Below, piece by piece: positions 26,790 through 41,100 of a stretch of 64,000 nt of DNA. Every line of letters starts with the position of its first letter. Within the stretch, counting starts at the first letter, position 1. This DNA comes from Octopus vulgaris. Taxonomy: Eukaryota. The position numbers were made by a program, and so were the translations under genes. The notes below the pieces were generated by a model that searched no databases, had not been told where the DNA came from, and worked only from the letters and a program-made list of their open reading frames with translations. Location: contig OX597817.1 of assembly GCA_951406725.2 (NCBI GenBank), positions 166,346,001-166,410,000 of the forward strand, written 5' to 3'.

Positions 26790-28447
26790 TAATTTTGGCA
26801 CAAAGCCGGCAGTCTTACTTGTTGGGTGGGGTCGATTACCTCCATTCCATTGCGCGACTGCTACTTTGTTTTAAGGAGCCCCAAATGATCAACGGCAAAG
26901 TCGACCTTGGCGGAAATTGAACTCACGCCCTAAATAGCCGGTATAAATAAACTATTTCTTTACTACTCACAAGGGGCTAAACACAGAGAGGACAAACAAG
27001 GACAGACAGACAAACGGATTAAGTCGATTATATCGACCCCAGTGCGTAACTGGTACTTATTTAATCGACCCCGAAAAGAATAAAAGGCATATTCGACCTC
27101 GGCGGAATTTGAACTCAGAACGTAGCGGCAGACGAAATACCGGTAAGCATTTCGCCCGGCGTGCTAACGATTCGGCCAGCTCGCCGCCGGTATTAATACC
27201 GCTTAGCATTTTGTCCGATGTGCTAACCGTTCTGCCATCTCACTACTATAATGATGTTCCGAAGCAATAATAATGGTTTCTAATTTTGGCGCAGAGTCAG
27301 CAGTGTTTGATGAATTACATCGAATCCAATATTTAAATGATACTTACTTTATCGACCCCGAAAGGATTGAAAGACAAAGTGGACCTCGGCGGAATTTGAA
27401 TTCAGAACGTCTAGATAGACGAAATGCTGTCGAGAATGTTTGCCTGGCATGCTAACATTTCTACAAGCTCGCTGCCTTACTCAAATTAATAACTAATGGT
27501 GTAATGTGACAATACATGCGGAGGCACATGGCCTAATGGTTAGAGCAGCGGACTCGCGGTCGAGGAATCGCGAGTTCGAATCTCAGACCGGGCGATGCGT
27601 GTGTTTATGAGCGGAACACCTAAGCTCCACGCGGCTCCGGCAGAAGGTAATGGCGAACTTCTGCTGACTCTTTCGCCACGACATTCTCTCACCCTTTCTT
27701 CCTGCATCTTGCAGCTCACCTGCGACGGACCGGCGTCCCGTCCAGGTGGGGAATTCTATATGCCAAGGAAACCGGGAAACCGGCCCTTATGAGCCAGGCA
27801 TGTCTCGAGAAGGAACAAACATGCGACAATACATATTTTCTACTCCAGGCACAATGCCCGAACTTTTGGGGGAGAGGGCCAGTCGATTAGATCGACCCCA
27901 GTACGCAACTGCTACTTAATTTATCGACCCCAAAAAGGATGAAAAACAAAGTCGACCTCGTAGGAATTTGAACTAAGAACGTAATAACAGACGAAATGTC
28001 GCTAAGCATTTCGCCCGGTTTGCTAACGTTTCTTACTTCTTTATTGCCCACAAGGGGCTAAACATAGAGAGGACAAACAAGGACAGACAAAAGGATTAAG
28101 TCGATTACATCGATCCCAGTGGGCAACTGATACTTAATTTATCGACTCCGAAAGGATAAAAGGCAAAGTCGACCTCGGCGGAATTTGAACTCAGAACGTC
28201 AAGACAGACGAAATGCCTATTTCTTTACTACCCACAAGGGGCTAAATACAGAGTGGGACAAACAAAGACAGACAAACGGATTAAGTCGGTTATATCGACC
28301 CCAGTGGGTAACTGATACTTAATTTATCGACTCCGAAAGGATGAAAGGCAAAGTCGACCTCGGCGGAATTTGAACTCAGATCATAGCGGCAGACGAAATA
28401 CGACTGCGCATTTCGCCCGGCGTGCTAACGACTCTGGCAGCTCGCTG
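26790..28447 (-). mobile_element. Dense array of SINE family B copies (interrupted by a family C-type copy)
   Basis: About six partial or nested copies. Confidence 0.85.
27519..27820 (+). mobile_element. SINE, family C-type head with alternative tail
   Basis: tRNA-like head with GAGTTCGAATCTC; flanked by a GACAATACAT duplication. Confidence 0.8.
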
Positions 28448-28529
28448 TCTATGTGGTAATATATCATCAATAAAAACAAGATCTGACGCAATTTGTTTTC
28501 TTGGTTCCTCCTATTTAACTGCCTCTACA

Positions 28530-28754
28530 AAGACACGTGTACCCTTAACGTAGTTCTCGTGGAGATTCAGAACGACAGAGAATATAAGGCTGGTCCTTGG
28601 AAATACATGTACTACTCATTGTTGCCACATGTGTGGACTAGAACAACGTGAAATAAAGTGCCTTGTTCTAGAACACAACGCATCGCCGGGAATTGAACTC
28701 ACGATATTACGATCGTGAGCTGAATACCCTAAACACTAAGCCACGTGCCTTCAC
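28530..28754 (-). mobile_element. SINE family D, diverged
   Basis: Head-to-head with the copy at 28773. Confidence 0.7.
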
Positions 28755-28772
28755 TGCTTCCTATTTATGTAT

Positions 28773-29100
28773 GAGGGCGCGTGGCTTAGTGGTTAGGGCA
28801 TTCGGCTCATGATCGTAAGGTTGTGAGTTCGATTCCCGGCTACGCGTTGTGTCCTTGAGCAAGACACTTTATTTCACGTTGCTCCAGTCCACTCAGCTGG
28901 CAAAAATGAGTTGTACTTGTATTTCAAAGGGTCAGCCTTGTCACTCTCTGTGTCACGCTGATTATCCCCGAGAACTACGTTAAGGGTACACGTGTCTGTG
29001 GAATGCTCAGCCATTTGCACGTTAATTTCACGAGCAAGCTGTTCCGTTGATCGTATCAGCTGGGACCCTCGTCGTCGTAACCGGCGGAGTCTTTTTTAAA
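28773..29100 (+). mobile_element. tRNA-derived SINE, family D
   Basis: TGGCTTAGTGG and GAGTTCGATTCC boxes, TGTGTCCTTGAGCAAGACACTT body, 3' half shared with family C; ATTTATGTAT flanking duplication. Confidence 0.85.
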
Positions 29101-29861
29101 ATTTATGTATATCAAGCGCAACCAACATTTTAGGAATACTACCTTTTCATTTAAGCTAAAATATGCGCTCGGATATTTTAATTTAAAAGGATAATGGAAG
29201 CAAAATTTAATTTTCATTGCTATGATTGGCTGTCACTTCAATGTCTTTGACCAGCTTTACTGATCCCTAATACTTCAAATGTACAAAGAACAGGGTTGAA
29301 AGGGGAACTAAGGGATTGACATAATTTTCATGCAGCACTAAGCTCATGCTTCGTTTATATTTTAATCCGACTTAATCAACTTGCCTCCTATTCTGTATAA
29401 TCGAGTACAAAGGATTATATTAACAGTGAAATTCATGTGACTAATATATTTCTAATATATATATATATAGGCGCAGGCGTGGGCGTGTGTTGAGAAGTTT
29501 GCGTTCCAACTACATGGTTCCGGTTTCAGTCCCACTGCGAGATACCTTGGGAGAAAAAAACCACGCCTTGCTTAACCAATTCTCTACTACATCTGGCAAA
29601 TTAATCCAGGTATTTATTCGAAACAAATTTCCAAAGAGCAATATAATTCTTCCTGGCGTTTATAGCGCATGTTCCATTACTTTTGATATCGTCACTTGAC
29701 TCAAAGATAATTGATTGCTGTAAGATTTTGATGACATTTAATTAATTGCATATAAGAAGGTGACATATTAGGAAAACCATAGAATAATATTAATACAGTC
29801 GACGCAATTTTGGTGTATTAATCCTTTATTTCCCAAAACTACAAACCTACACAAGCATCGA

Positions 29862-29902
<41 letters not shown>

Positions 29903-29905
<3 letters not shown>

Positions 29906-30563
29906 CATAAGGGACTAAAGCCATCTGAATATGGCTAGGGACAGGGCAGGGTGGTGGGGGTGTTACTGTTGCATTTAGCCCCAGGCGAACATCAACGTCG
30001 CCAGATAAGCTTGACACCATCACGGCGTCCTTTATCCTGCAAAGGGAGATAATTCCCCGATGAAGCCCTTTGCAGGACGCCGTGATGGTGTCAAGCCTAT
30101 CTGGCGACGTTGATGTTCGCCTGGGGCTAAATGCAACAGTAACACCCCCACCACCCTGCCCTGTCCCTAGCCATATTCAGATGGCTTTAGTCCCTTATGT
30201 TATGGAGCAGTTACTGTCTATATCTCATTTAGAGAATTATTATTGCTGTCGAACAGATTTTCGAAATCAGCAAATGTATTTTGCTTGAAAATCTATATAT
30301 AAATATCCTGCAGAGTGAGTTGTTCGTCGAGGAAGCGGGGGCCTACCACACGTTGATGATAGGCAATACACCTTGAAACCTAGGTCCGTGTGTGGTTTCC
30401 GCTTCATCGGGGAATTATCTCCCTTTGCAGGATAAAGGACGCCGTGATGGTGTCAAGCCTATCTGGCGACGTTGATGTTCGCCTGGGGCTAAATGCAACA
30501 GTAACACCCCACCACCCTGCCCTGTCCCTAGCCATATTCAGATGGCTTTAGTCCCTTATGTTA
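29903..30563 (+). mobile_element. Retrozyme/Penelope-pLTR-like element: inverted copy, partial tandem copy and a 361-nt unit
   Basis: 29903-30066 is the reverse complement of about 30401-30563; 30066-30202 is a direct repeat of the unit's 3' end. (TA)n lies on both sides, and the unit contains an HHR. Confidence 0.8.
30332..30405 (+). ncRNA. Type I hammerhead ribozyme motif, C3U variant, palindromic stem III
   Basis: CACACG-TTGATGA-tAGG(CAATACA)CCTt-GAAA-CCTAGG-TC-CGTGTG; distal stem GAAGCGG/CCGCTTC. Confidence 0.7.
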
Positions 30564-30585
30564 TATATATATATATATATATATA

Positions 30586-30972
30586 CTAGCAGTATCGCCC
30601 GGCGTTGCTCAGGTTTGTAAGGGAAATAACTATAAAGCATTTTTAGAGAGTTATAGCCAAAAAATAGCAAAAAAATGGAAAAAAAATTATGGTAAATTTT
30701 TTTTTGAGAGTAAAAAAAGGTTGAGTTGCGTCCCCTAGACAGTCTGTGGTTTGTTTTTTTGATTCTCGACCCCATGTCGAATTTATCGATTTTTTTCAGA
30801 ACTGGGGTTAACTTTTCAAAATTTTCGCTGCGTTAGTTTTGAATTATGACATTGGGCTATGTGTGTGTCAAGTTTCATCAGAATCGGTTGAAAGCCGTGG
30901 TCAGGGTGAGGGTACGAGAAAACAGACACACAGAAACACGCACAGACAAACTGCCGTTTATATATAGAGAGA
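30586..30972 (-). mobile_element. Non-autonomous Helitron
   Basis: Minus strand starts TCTCTCTATATAT and ends with hairpin CCTGAGCAACGCCGGG plus CTAG; this end is shared with the copies at 48117 and 52367. Confidence 0.78.
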
Positions 30973-30978
30973 TATATA

Positions 30979-31149
30979 TATATAATATTAATTAGAGACA
31001 AAACCACTATTTTGCAAAACAAACAAGGAAAGACTTAATCAATACATAAAATTTTAATAAAAACATAAAATTTTAATTTTATGTATTGATTAAGTCTTTC
31101 CTTGTTTGTTTTGCAAAATAGTGGTTTTGTCTCTAATTAATATTATATA
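30979..31149. repeat. Perfect inverted repeat (arms of about 75 bp)
   Basis: 30979-31053 is the reverse complement of 31075-31149. Confidence 0.9.
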
Positions 31150-31319
31150 ATATTTTACTATAAAATTGGATTTAATCCTAATTCTGATTTTTTCCCTGTA
31201 AATTTGGATTTATTCCCTAATATTTATTATATATATATATATATATATAAACACAAACAGACACAAGTAATTATATATCTATATCTATATAAGTATATAT
31301 ATATATATATACTTTATAT

Positions 31320-31777
31320 ATTTACTGGTATATTTTGTTACTGTTTATATTTTTTTTACTGTTTATTTTTTTACTGTTTATATTTTTGTACTGTCGATAC
31401 TGTCCTGTTTTTTTACCATTTTTTTTACCATTTTTTACCCCTCTGCGAAAAGATCTCAGAATTTTAATTGATTTGCTTTTCGCAGGAAGGAAAGTTTCTT
31501 GTCGAAGATACGTCTCGCTTTTATCCTTCGAAACGTAGAGTAGATGAAACCTTAGCGACTGAAGAAGGGGTTTTTTCGTTGTGTTAATTGTCCTGTACCC
31601 CATTTTTTGTTGTTTTTAAAAAAATGTCCAGTTCCTTTGGTTTGTGTCTATGTTTTCGTTTCTCTTTGTGTTCGACGTCCCTTTGGTGTCCTGTACTCAT
31701 ATATGCGTGTATATGTACATGTAGAGGTAGGTACGTACATATATGTTTATATATATGCATATGTTTTATTTCATTTA

Positions 31778-31782
<5 letters not shown>
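31320..31782 (+). mobile_element. Non-coding repeat carrying a permuted hammerhead (copy 2)
   Basis: Colinear with 20790-21317; ends in (TA)n. Confidence 0.7.
31509..31570 (+). ncRNA. Non-circularly permuted hammerhead ribozyme candidate
   Basis: TACGT-C-TCGCT / TCCTTC-GAAA-CGTA / AGCGA-CTGAAGA-AGGGG; canonical GUC site. Confidence 0.7.
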
Positions 31783-31808
<26 letters not shown>

Positions 31809-31812
<4 letters not shown>

Positions 31813-32212
31813 AGACGTGTCTCTGTGGTAAGTTTACTTCCCAACCACATGCTTCCAGGTTCAATCCCACTGCGTGGCACCTTGAGTGTCTTCTACTGTA
31901 GCTTCGAGCTTGTGAGTGTATTTGGTAGACAGAAGCTGAAAAAAGCCCATTATATAAATATATACATATATTCCCGCGCGCGCGCGCATCTATGTGTTTC
32001 TGTTTGTCACACACTGCCTCCCCACAACCGGTATTGGTGCGTTTACGTCCCCGTAAATAAGGGGTTCGGTAAAAAGGGACGATAGAAAAAGTACAAGTAT
32101 TAAACAGAAAATAAATACTGGGGTCGATTAGTTTGACTAAAATTCCTTAAGGTGATGCTCCAGCATGACCGCAGTCTAATGACTGAAACAAGTAAAATAT
32201 TAAAGGATAAAA
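31809..32212 (+). mobile_element. SINE family A, diverged
   Basis: Head, body and GCTCCAGCATGACCGCAGTC tail are recognisable. Confidence 0.75.
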
Positions 32213-32213
32213 G

Positions 32214-32264
<51 letters not shown>

Positions 32265-32291
32265 TTATAAATATGTGTATATATATGTGTG

Positions 32292-32337
<46 letters not shown>

Positions 32338-33104
32338 AAACGAATAATCGAACATTAAAAATTACAATAATACATACACACGCAGAGTGTGTGTATAATA
32401 ATACACACACGCGCGGGAATATATATATACATACATATATAGTATGTATATATAGTATATACATACTATATATACATGTAAATATATAAAAAATAGGATG
32501 GATACTATTGATATGTTATATAGACTCATAGGGACAGTTTGCCTCTTTCCGTGACGCATCTGCTTAAGTAAATTTAAATTTGATATTTGTTTAATATAGT
32601 GTGTGTAGGGCAAGGTGCTTAGCTTTGGTTTGGAAAAAGATCAGTAAATTGGAATGGCTTTGGAACAAAAGATTACGGAAAGTCGATATTCTACCTGAAC
32701 TTTATATAGTTTTCTCATCATACCCTTTAAGTTAAAATCCCATGACGGATAACTTTTGTCCCTGAAAAGAAATATTTATATTTAGATAATGTATAAATAT
32801 TTGAGTGTATATGACTAAATGCCAACACCGGCTAGGGCGGCAAATTCTAACGAGAAAAGTAGCACCATTGTGCATACAGCATTTCATGGGGAACCCCTCT
32901 TTCATCAAAACCTACGACACCCGATTTCTTTCAAAAGACAGAGAGAACTTCAGTATTAGATTCGTCTTTTATATGTGAACCTCGGAGGGATGGAAAACAA
33001 AGTTTTCTTCGGCAGAGTTCGAACTCATTGCACAGAGAGTTGGAATAACAACTGTAATCTCTGCAATTCGCTGTCTTATTTCAACAATGTACGATTGCAA
33101 TTCT

Positions 33105-33540
33105 TTTTACTATAGACACCAGGGCTGAAATTTGGGTGAAGGAGACAAGGGGATTACATCGATACCTGTGCTTGACTAGTAACTATGTTTTTGCCCCCTG
33201 AAAAGAATGGAAGGCAAAGTGAACCTGTGTGGAATTTGAACTCAGAACGAAAAGCCCGCAAAAATTGCTACTATTTTATCTGTTATGATAACGAATCTGC
33301 CAGTTCACCGCCTCCTGATAGTTCTTGAAATAAATATCATTAATATAATCCTTTCTACCTTAGGCACAAGGCCTGAAGTTTGGTGGGAGGGGCCAGTCGA
33401 TTAGATTGACCCTAGTACGCATCTGGCACTTAGTTTATCGACCCCGAAAGGATGAAAGGCAAAGTCGACCTCGGCAGAATTTGAACTCAGAACGTAGCGA
33501 AGAATGAAAAGCCGCGAAGCATTTTGCCAGCTTGCCGCCT
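33105..33540 (-). mobile_element. SINE family B copies
   Basis: Two diverged copies. Confidence 0.75.
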
Positions 33541-34056
33541 CAGATGGGATGAAATATTAAAATTCATTTTAACTAAGAATTGAAACCGTAACGTTCACTC
33601 GGCTGGATAGTAACTAAATTGCAACCTCGTAACGACAACAGCAGATAACGTATATCTATCGGTGTCTTGTCAGTCAACAGTCAGCTAATTAAATTATTAT
33701 AAAACATGAGCTTCATACAAGCATTGTTTTCTTGGTTGATTTAAAGGAAACATAAAACTCCAAAATAAAGAAAGCCTAGAATTAGTTCGCTCACATCGTC
33801 TCAGGATTATCCACTTACTGTTGATATACGATGATAATCTTTCTTTTTCTACAATAAAACACAAGAACTTATCTCACTGTACATACAGGATCTGAAGCAA
33901 GTAAAACGTCAGCCCTGTCAACCCCAGTATTGTCGTGTTTTAAGTGCACAGTCAGACTTGGATTTTTCGAAAATCTGCAATATATGGACCTACAGCCCCA
34001 ACAAATTTCTCTTTCTCCCTCTTTGTCTGTCTGTCTCTCTCTCTCACATACATACA

Positions 34057-34091
<35 letters not shown>

Positions 34092-34104
34092 TTATATACA
34101 TATT

Positions 34105-34184
<80 letters not shown>

Positions 34185-34186
34185 AC

Positions 34187-34232
<46 letters not shown>

Positions 34233-34245
34233 ATATGTATATATA

Positions 34246-34703
<458 letters not shown>

Positions 34704-34748
34704 GCTAGCATGTTGACTGTCCACTTTTCGTGTTCAGTCCTTAATTGG

Positions 34749-34823
<75 letters not shown>

Positions 34824-34824
<1 letters not shown>

Positions 34825-35232
34825 CTCTTACTCTTTTACTTGTTTCAGTCATTTGACTGCGGCCATGCTGGAGCACCGCCTTTAGTCGAGCAAATCTACC
34901 CCGGGATTTTTTCTTTGTAAGCCCAGTACTTATTCTATCGGTCTCTTTTGCCGAACCGCTAAGTGACGGGGACGTAAACACACCAGCATCGGTTGTCAAG
35001 CAATGCTAGAGGGACAAACACAGACACACAAACATATATACACACACATATATATATATACATATATACGACAGGCTTCTTTCAGTTTCCGTCTACCAAA
35101 TCCACTCACAAGGCATTGGTCGGCCCGGGGCTATAGCAGAAGACACTTACCCAAGATGCCACACAGTGGGACTGAACCCGGAACCATGTGGTTGGTTAGC
35201 AAGCTACTTACCACACAGCCACTCCTGCGCCT
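34824..35232 (-). mobile_element. SINE family A, full length
   Basis: Complete from head to tail. Confidence 0.9.
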
Positions 35233-35303
35233 ATATATATATGTATATATATATATGTATATATATATATGTATATATATATATGTATATGTATATATGT
35301 ATG

Positions 35304-35334
<31 letters not shown>

Positions 35335-35359
35335 GTATATATGTATATATATATATATA

Positions 35360-36530
35360 TTTTTCTAGTTTCAGCTCAGAGCTGCGGCCATGCTGATGCA
35401 CCGCCGTTTTGTGCTGCACTGTTATTACGACGAACCTCGTCTAATATGTGGCTCTTGGTGAAGAATGGAGTTTGATACAGCTACTCTCATTTGCACCTCT
35501 TGCCGTGAGGTAGGTTCATCTGGGACTCTCGACAGGAAGAGGTCCAGCTTTGATTTAAAAACTGCTACATCTACTTTGTGCAAGTTCCTCATACTCTTTG
35601 GGAGAATATTAAAAAGCTGTGGGCCCTTGAAACCCAGGCTGTTGCAGAAGCTGGTCCTGAAGCGTGATGGCATTGCTGGGATCTTTGGCACTATGCAGTG
35701 TCGTCCCGTTCTAGCATTGGTGTAGCTTACAATGCCAAAATTTGGCACAATTCCTTCCAGGATCTTCCAGACATATATCACTGCATACCTCTCCCGTCTT
35801 CTCACCAGGGAGTAGAGTCTTAGCTGTTTCAACCTTTCCCAGTAGCTGAGCTGTTGCAAAGAGACGATCTTCTTTGTGAATCTTCTCTGGATTGCTTAAA
35901 GGTCCGCTGTTAATTTTACACTGGTGGGTGATCATAGCTGTGAGCAGTAATCCAGGCGACTGAGGACGAATGCCCGCCAGAGGACCATCATGTTTTCCTT
36001 ATCTCTGGTTCTGAATGTTCTTAGGATCCACCCAGCCAGTCGTCTGCACTTTGTCGCCATCCTGGTAATGTGCACTTGGAAAGAGGTATCATCACTCATG
36101 TCGATACCCAGGACCCTCATAGACTTAGGCTCTGGGATTGAAATTCCCTGTGGACCGGTGTATCCTGTGAGTTTAATATTCAGTTTTGGATGCTGGTAGC
36201 GCAGGGCCTGGAGTTTTTCAGCATTAAATTGCGTATTATTATCCTCAGCCCATCTGTAGATTGAGTCCAACTCCTGCTGCAGGTGTCCAACATCGCTGGG
36301 GTTCTGTATTTTCTGCGAGACTTTCGTATCGTCTGCATAGTTGGCCAGAGTGGCTATTCGGGCATTTGAGGGCATATCTGAGAGGGCCACTATAAAAAGC
36401 ATTGGTCCCAAGATAGTGCCCTGTGGAACACCGCTCACTATTTGTGTGTTCATAGAGGTGGCTACATTAACCACTACTGCCTGACTCCTATATTTCAGGA
36501 AGTCATGCAACCACACTCCAAGTTTTCCAG
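35360..36530 (-). mobile_element. CR1-type LINE, 5'-truncated RT fragment with in-frame stops
   Basis: [40 protein letters not shown]; two nonsense codons between 35859 and 35934. Confidence 0.92.
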
Positions 36531-37010
<480 letters not shown>

Positions 37011-37030
37011 CAGTGTATAAATACAGTATA

Positions 37031-37335
37031 TAAACTCATAAGAGATGGCCATAATAGGATATCTGACCCGCCAGAAGGAGTATGTTAAACTCCAAAACAA
37101 GTATTTTTAGGGGTAATTTCGAAAGGGAATGAAATATATAACATTTACCATCTATTTTCTGTACAGCAAAGTGAAGGTAAATGTTTGGAGTTTAACCAGA
37201 TGTCCTATTATGGCCATCTCTTATGTGTTTAAAAGTACCCTGTATTTTTATATGAATAATATATAGTATATTGACTAGGTTTTTTCTTCTCGCTAGACCA
37301 CTGGTAGCAAAAATTTCAAAATTTCTTTTGCTACC
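37031..37335. repeat. Multi-hairpin foldback element
   Basis: 37031-37065 pairs with 37197-37231; nested GTTAAACTCCAAA/TTTGGAGTTTAAC; separate GGTAGCAAAA/TTTTGCTACC hairpin. Confidence 0.75.
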
Positions 37336-37344
37336 CTGAAATAT

Positions 37345-37436
<92 letters not shown>

Positions 37437-37439
<3 letters not shown>

Positions 37440-40194
37440 TGATTGATTGATTGATTCCAGTTCCAGCCTATGAGCTGTGGCCATGCTGGGGCACCGCCAT
37501 TTGGTGTTGCTACTTGGTTTTACTTCATGGGGGCTTTCTAGCAACTGCTATTTGGTGCATGAGAGAGTTCGATGCAGCTGCCCTCATCTGCCCCTCCTGC
37601 CGTGAAGTTGGTTCATCTGGGACACCTGACAGGAAGAGATCCAGCTTCATTTTAAAGACATCTGTATCCACCCCATGCAGGTCTCTCAGGTTCTTCGGGA
37701 GGATATTGAAGAGCTGTGGGCCTCGGAAGCCCAGGCTATCACAGAATCTTGTCCTACATCTTGATGGCAGGTTTGGAGTCCTAGGCACCACGCAGTGGCG
37801 CCCAGTTCTGGCATTTGTGTAACTCTCGATGCCAAAGTTCAGGACACTTCCCTCCAGGATCTTCCAGATGTATATTATGGCATATCTTTCCCGCCTACGC
37901 TCCAGGGAGTATAATTTTAATCTCTTGAGTCTTTCCCAGTAGCTTACATTCTGCATAGAGGCTATCTTCTTTGTGTAGCTTCGTTGGATCGCCTCAAGTT
38001 CTGTGATCAACTTGACACTGGATGGTGACCATAGCTGAGAGCAATAGTCAAAGTGGCTTAGGACAAGTGTCTTCCAGAGGACCATCATGGTTTCTTGTTC
38101 TCTTGTTCTAAAGGTTCTAAGAATCCAGCCAGCCAGCCGTCTACATTTCACTGTCAGTTTAGCAACATGTACATGAAAGGTCGCGTCATCACTCATGTGA
38201 ATACCCAGGTCACGCACTGAATGTGCCTCTGGGATTGCAATCCCTCCGGGTCCAGTGTATTCATTGGGTATTGCATTCAGTTTTGCATGCTGATAGTATA
38301 AAGCTTGAAACTTTCCAGCATTGAACTGCATGCTATTCTTTTCAGCCCACTTGTATATTTCGTCCAGCTCACATTGCAGGTTTTTAGTGTCCTCAGGGTT
38401 CTGTATTGCCTGTGAAACTTTTGTATCATCTGCATAACTTGTGATCGTGGATCTCTGCGCGGCTGAGGGCATGTCTGAGAGGGCCATTATGAACAGTAGT
38501 GGTCCCAAAACAGTGCCCTGTGGAACACCACTCATTATTTGCGTGTTAATGGAGGTGGCCCCATTGGCTACTACCACCTGACTTCTATTCTTCAGAAAGT
38601 CGTGAAGCCATTCTCCTAGTTTTCCAACTATGCCAAGATCACGCAGCCTGTGACATATCATTCCGTGATCGACTTTATCGAAGGCCTTTGCGAAGTCGAG
38701 ATATATGACTTCCACATTTGAGTGGTTGAGCAGTTGTTTCAGCACCCAGTCATAGTGCTGCAGGAGCTGAGTTAAGCAGCTTCTTCCTGGTCGGAAACCA
38801 TGTTGGGTGTCAGGCAGCAAGTCATTTTCTTCAAGGAAGGTGATTAGTTTCCTTCTGACTATTCGTTCCATGACCTTGCTGATGTGTGAGGTCAGAGAGA
38901 TAGGTCTGTAGTTCTTTGCCTCCGCTCTGCTACCTCATTTATGAATAGGGCATATTTTACCTTCCTTCAGTCCCCTTGGAAGTTTGCCAGCTGCAAGGAA
39001 GCTCTGAAAGAGGGGCTGCAGTGGTCTTGCTAAGACTCTCTTACATACTTTTAGGAGGATTGCCGGGAATCCATCGGGGCCAGTAGCTGAGTCTATTTTC
39101 ATTTCATCTATAGCCTTTATTACATCGTCTTCCTTTATCTCGATGTAACTTATCGTCGCCGCCTCTGATTCTATATCTGCAGTGGTAAAGAAGTCAGTTG
39201 GATTGCTGATTTGGAAATGCCCAAGGGGTGGAGTGAAAACACTCTTGAATTGTTCATTCAGTATTTCACTTACCCTCATTGGTTTTCCTGTGAGTGTGCC
39301 ATCCTTTTCAAGGAGTGGCCCTATCCTACAGTGCACTGTAGCCGTTTCTTTGGCATACCTGTAGAAAGCTCTGGGGTTAGTTTTTATGTTGTCTATAGCC
39401 CAGGCTTCTTTGTCTGCTCTTTCCTTCTCATGGGAAAGTTGCAGACAATTTTCAATTTCCAACAGTTTTATTTTCAGGCGGGACTTTTCACTACTTTCAA
39501 TTTGTTTGTTTAGGCGATTTGAAATTTTTGTACGCCGTCTCATTAAAATTTTCCTCTCTCTGGGGATTTTGTTCTTGTGTACAGTGGCCTTTCTCTCTGG
39601 GACACATTTGTAGCATATGGCTTGCATTACAGACATGAATTGTTGAAGTATCATGTCGATGTCCGGCGAGGAGAGACATTCAGGCCAGTTTTGTTTGAGG
39701 ATCTCTTTCTCAATTTGTTTCCAGTTTGCCTTATTGAAGTTCAAGCTGGAAAGATTCTGAGGGTTTCTTGTAGGCTGCATGTCCGTGCTCTCTTTTGGCC
39801 CGTACATGGTCAGCTCTACCATGTTGTGATCCGAGAGTAGTGTCGGTGTCACTTTCACATTATGGATGAGATCCATATTATTTGTGAAGCAGAGATCCAG
39901 TGTGTTACCTGCTCTGGTTGGTTGCAGTATTACTTGCTCCATGTACAGGGTGTTGGTGAGGTTCAGGAGGGACCTCGCCTGTCCACGTTCACATCTTGTC
40001 ATTCCTGGGAGAGAAAGGCCCTCGGGCCATCTGACATTCGGTAGATTGAAGTCTCCCATGAGAAGTACACTTATGTGTTGTTCTAATGTGGTTAGAACTT
40101 CTTCTATTTTTAAAAGGCAGTCCTCGAACTTGCCCATATGACTTGGGGCATCTGGAGGGCGATATGTAGCACACACAACTACATCAAGTTGCCT

Positions 40195-40196
<2 letters not shown>
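37437..40196 (-). mobile_element. CR1-type LINE ORF2 (part of APE endonuclease plus reverse transcriptase) with one nonsense codon
   Basis: [23 protein letters not shown] and LSDH (endonuclease); GPDG, NYRPISLTS, QHGFRPGRSC, YLDFAKAFD, GVPQG and YADD (RT). The two track ORFs are in frame across a TGA at 38935-38937; (AATC)n tail. Confidence 0.95.
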
Positions 40197-40293
<97 letters not shown>

Positions 40294-40316
40294 CATATAC
40301 ATACATATATATATAT

Positions 40317-40355
<39 letters not shown>

Positions 40356-40418
40356 TATATACATATATATATATATACATATATATATATACATATATAT
40401 ATATACATGTACATATAT

Positions 40419-40716
<298 letters not shown>

Positions 40717-40729
40717 AGAGGGGTTACAC

Positions 40730-41100
40730 AATTAATTTATCGACTCCGAAAGGATGAAAGGCAAAGTTGACATCAGCGGAATTTGAACTCAGAACGTAGC
40801 GGCTGACGAAATACCGCTTAGCATTTTGCTCGGCATGCAAACGATTCTGCCAGCTCACCAGCTAAGCATCAATTAATATTTTGGGTTCAGATTTTGCGCA
40901 AGGCCAGTGATATTGCGGTAGTGGATAAGTCGATTGCATCAACCCCAGTGTTCAACTGGTACCTATTTTATCAATCCCGAAAAAAAAAAAAGAAAAACAT
41001 GAAAGGGTAAGTCGACCCCGGCGGCATATGAACTCAGAACATTAAGTCGAAGAAATGCCGCTAAGCATTTTCCCAGAGTATTAACGATTCTGCCAAACTC
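40730..41100 (-). mobile_element. SINE family B copies
   Basis: Two diverged copies. Confidence 0.75.

Noticed and set aside
32868-32915. Minus-strand TTGATGA..GGGG/CCCC..GAAA
   Set aside because: Spacing is wrong, with no NUH site or stem I.
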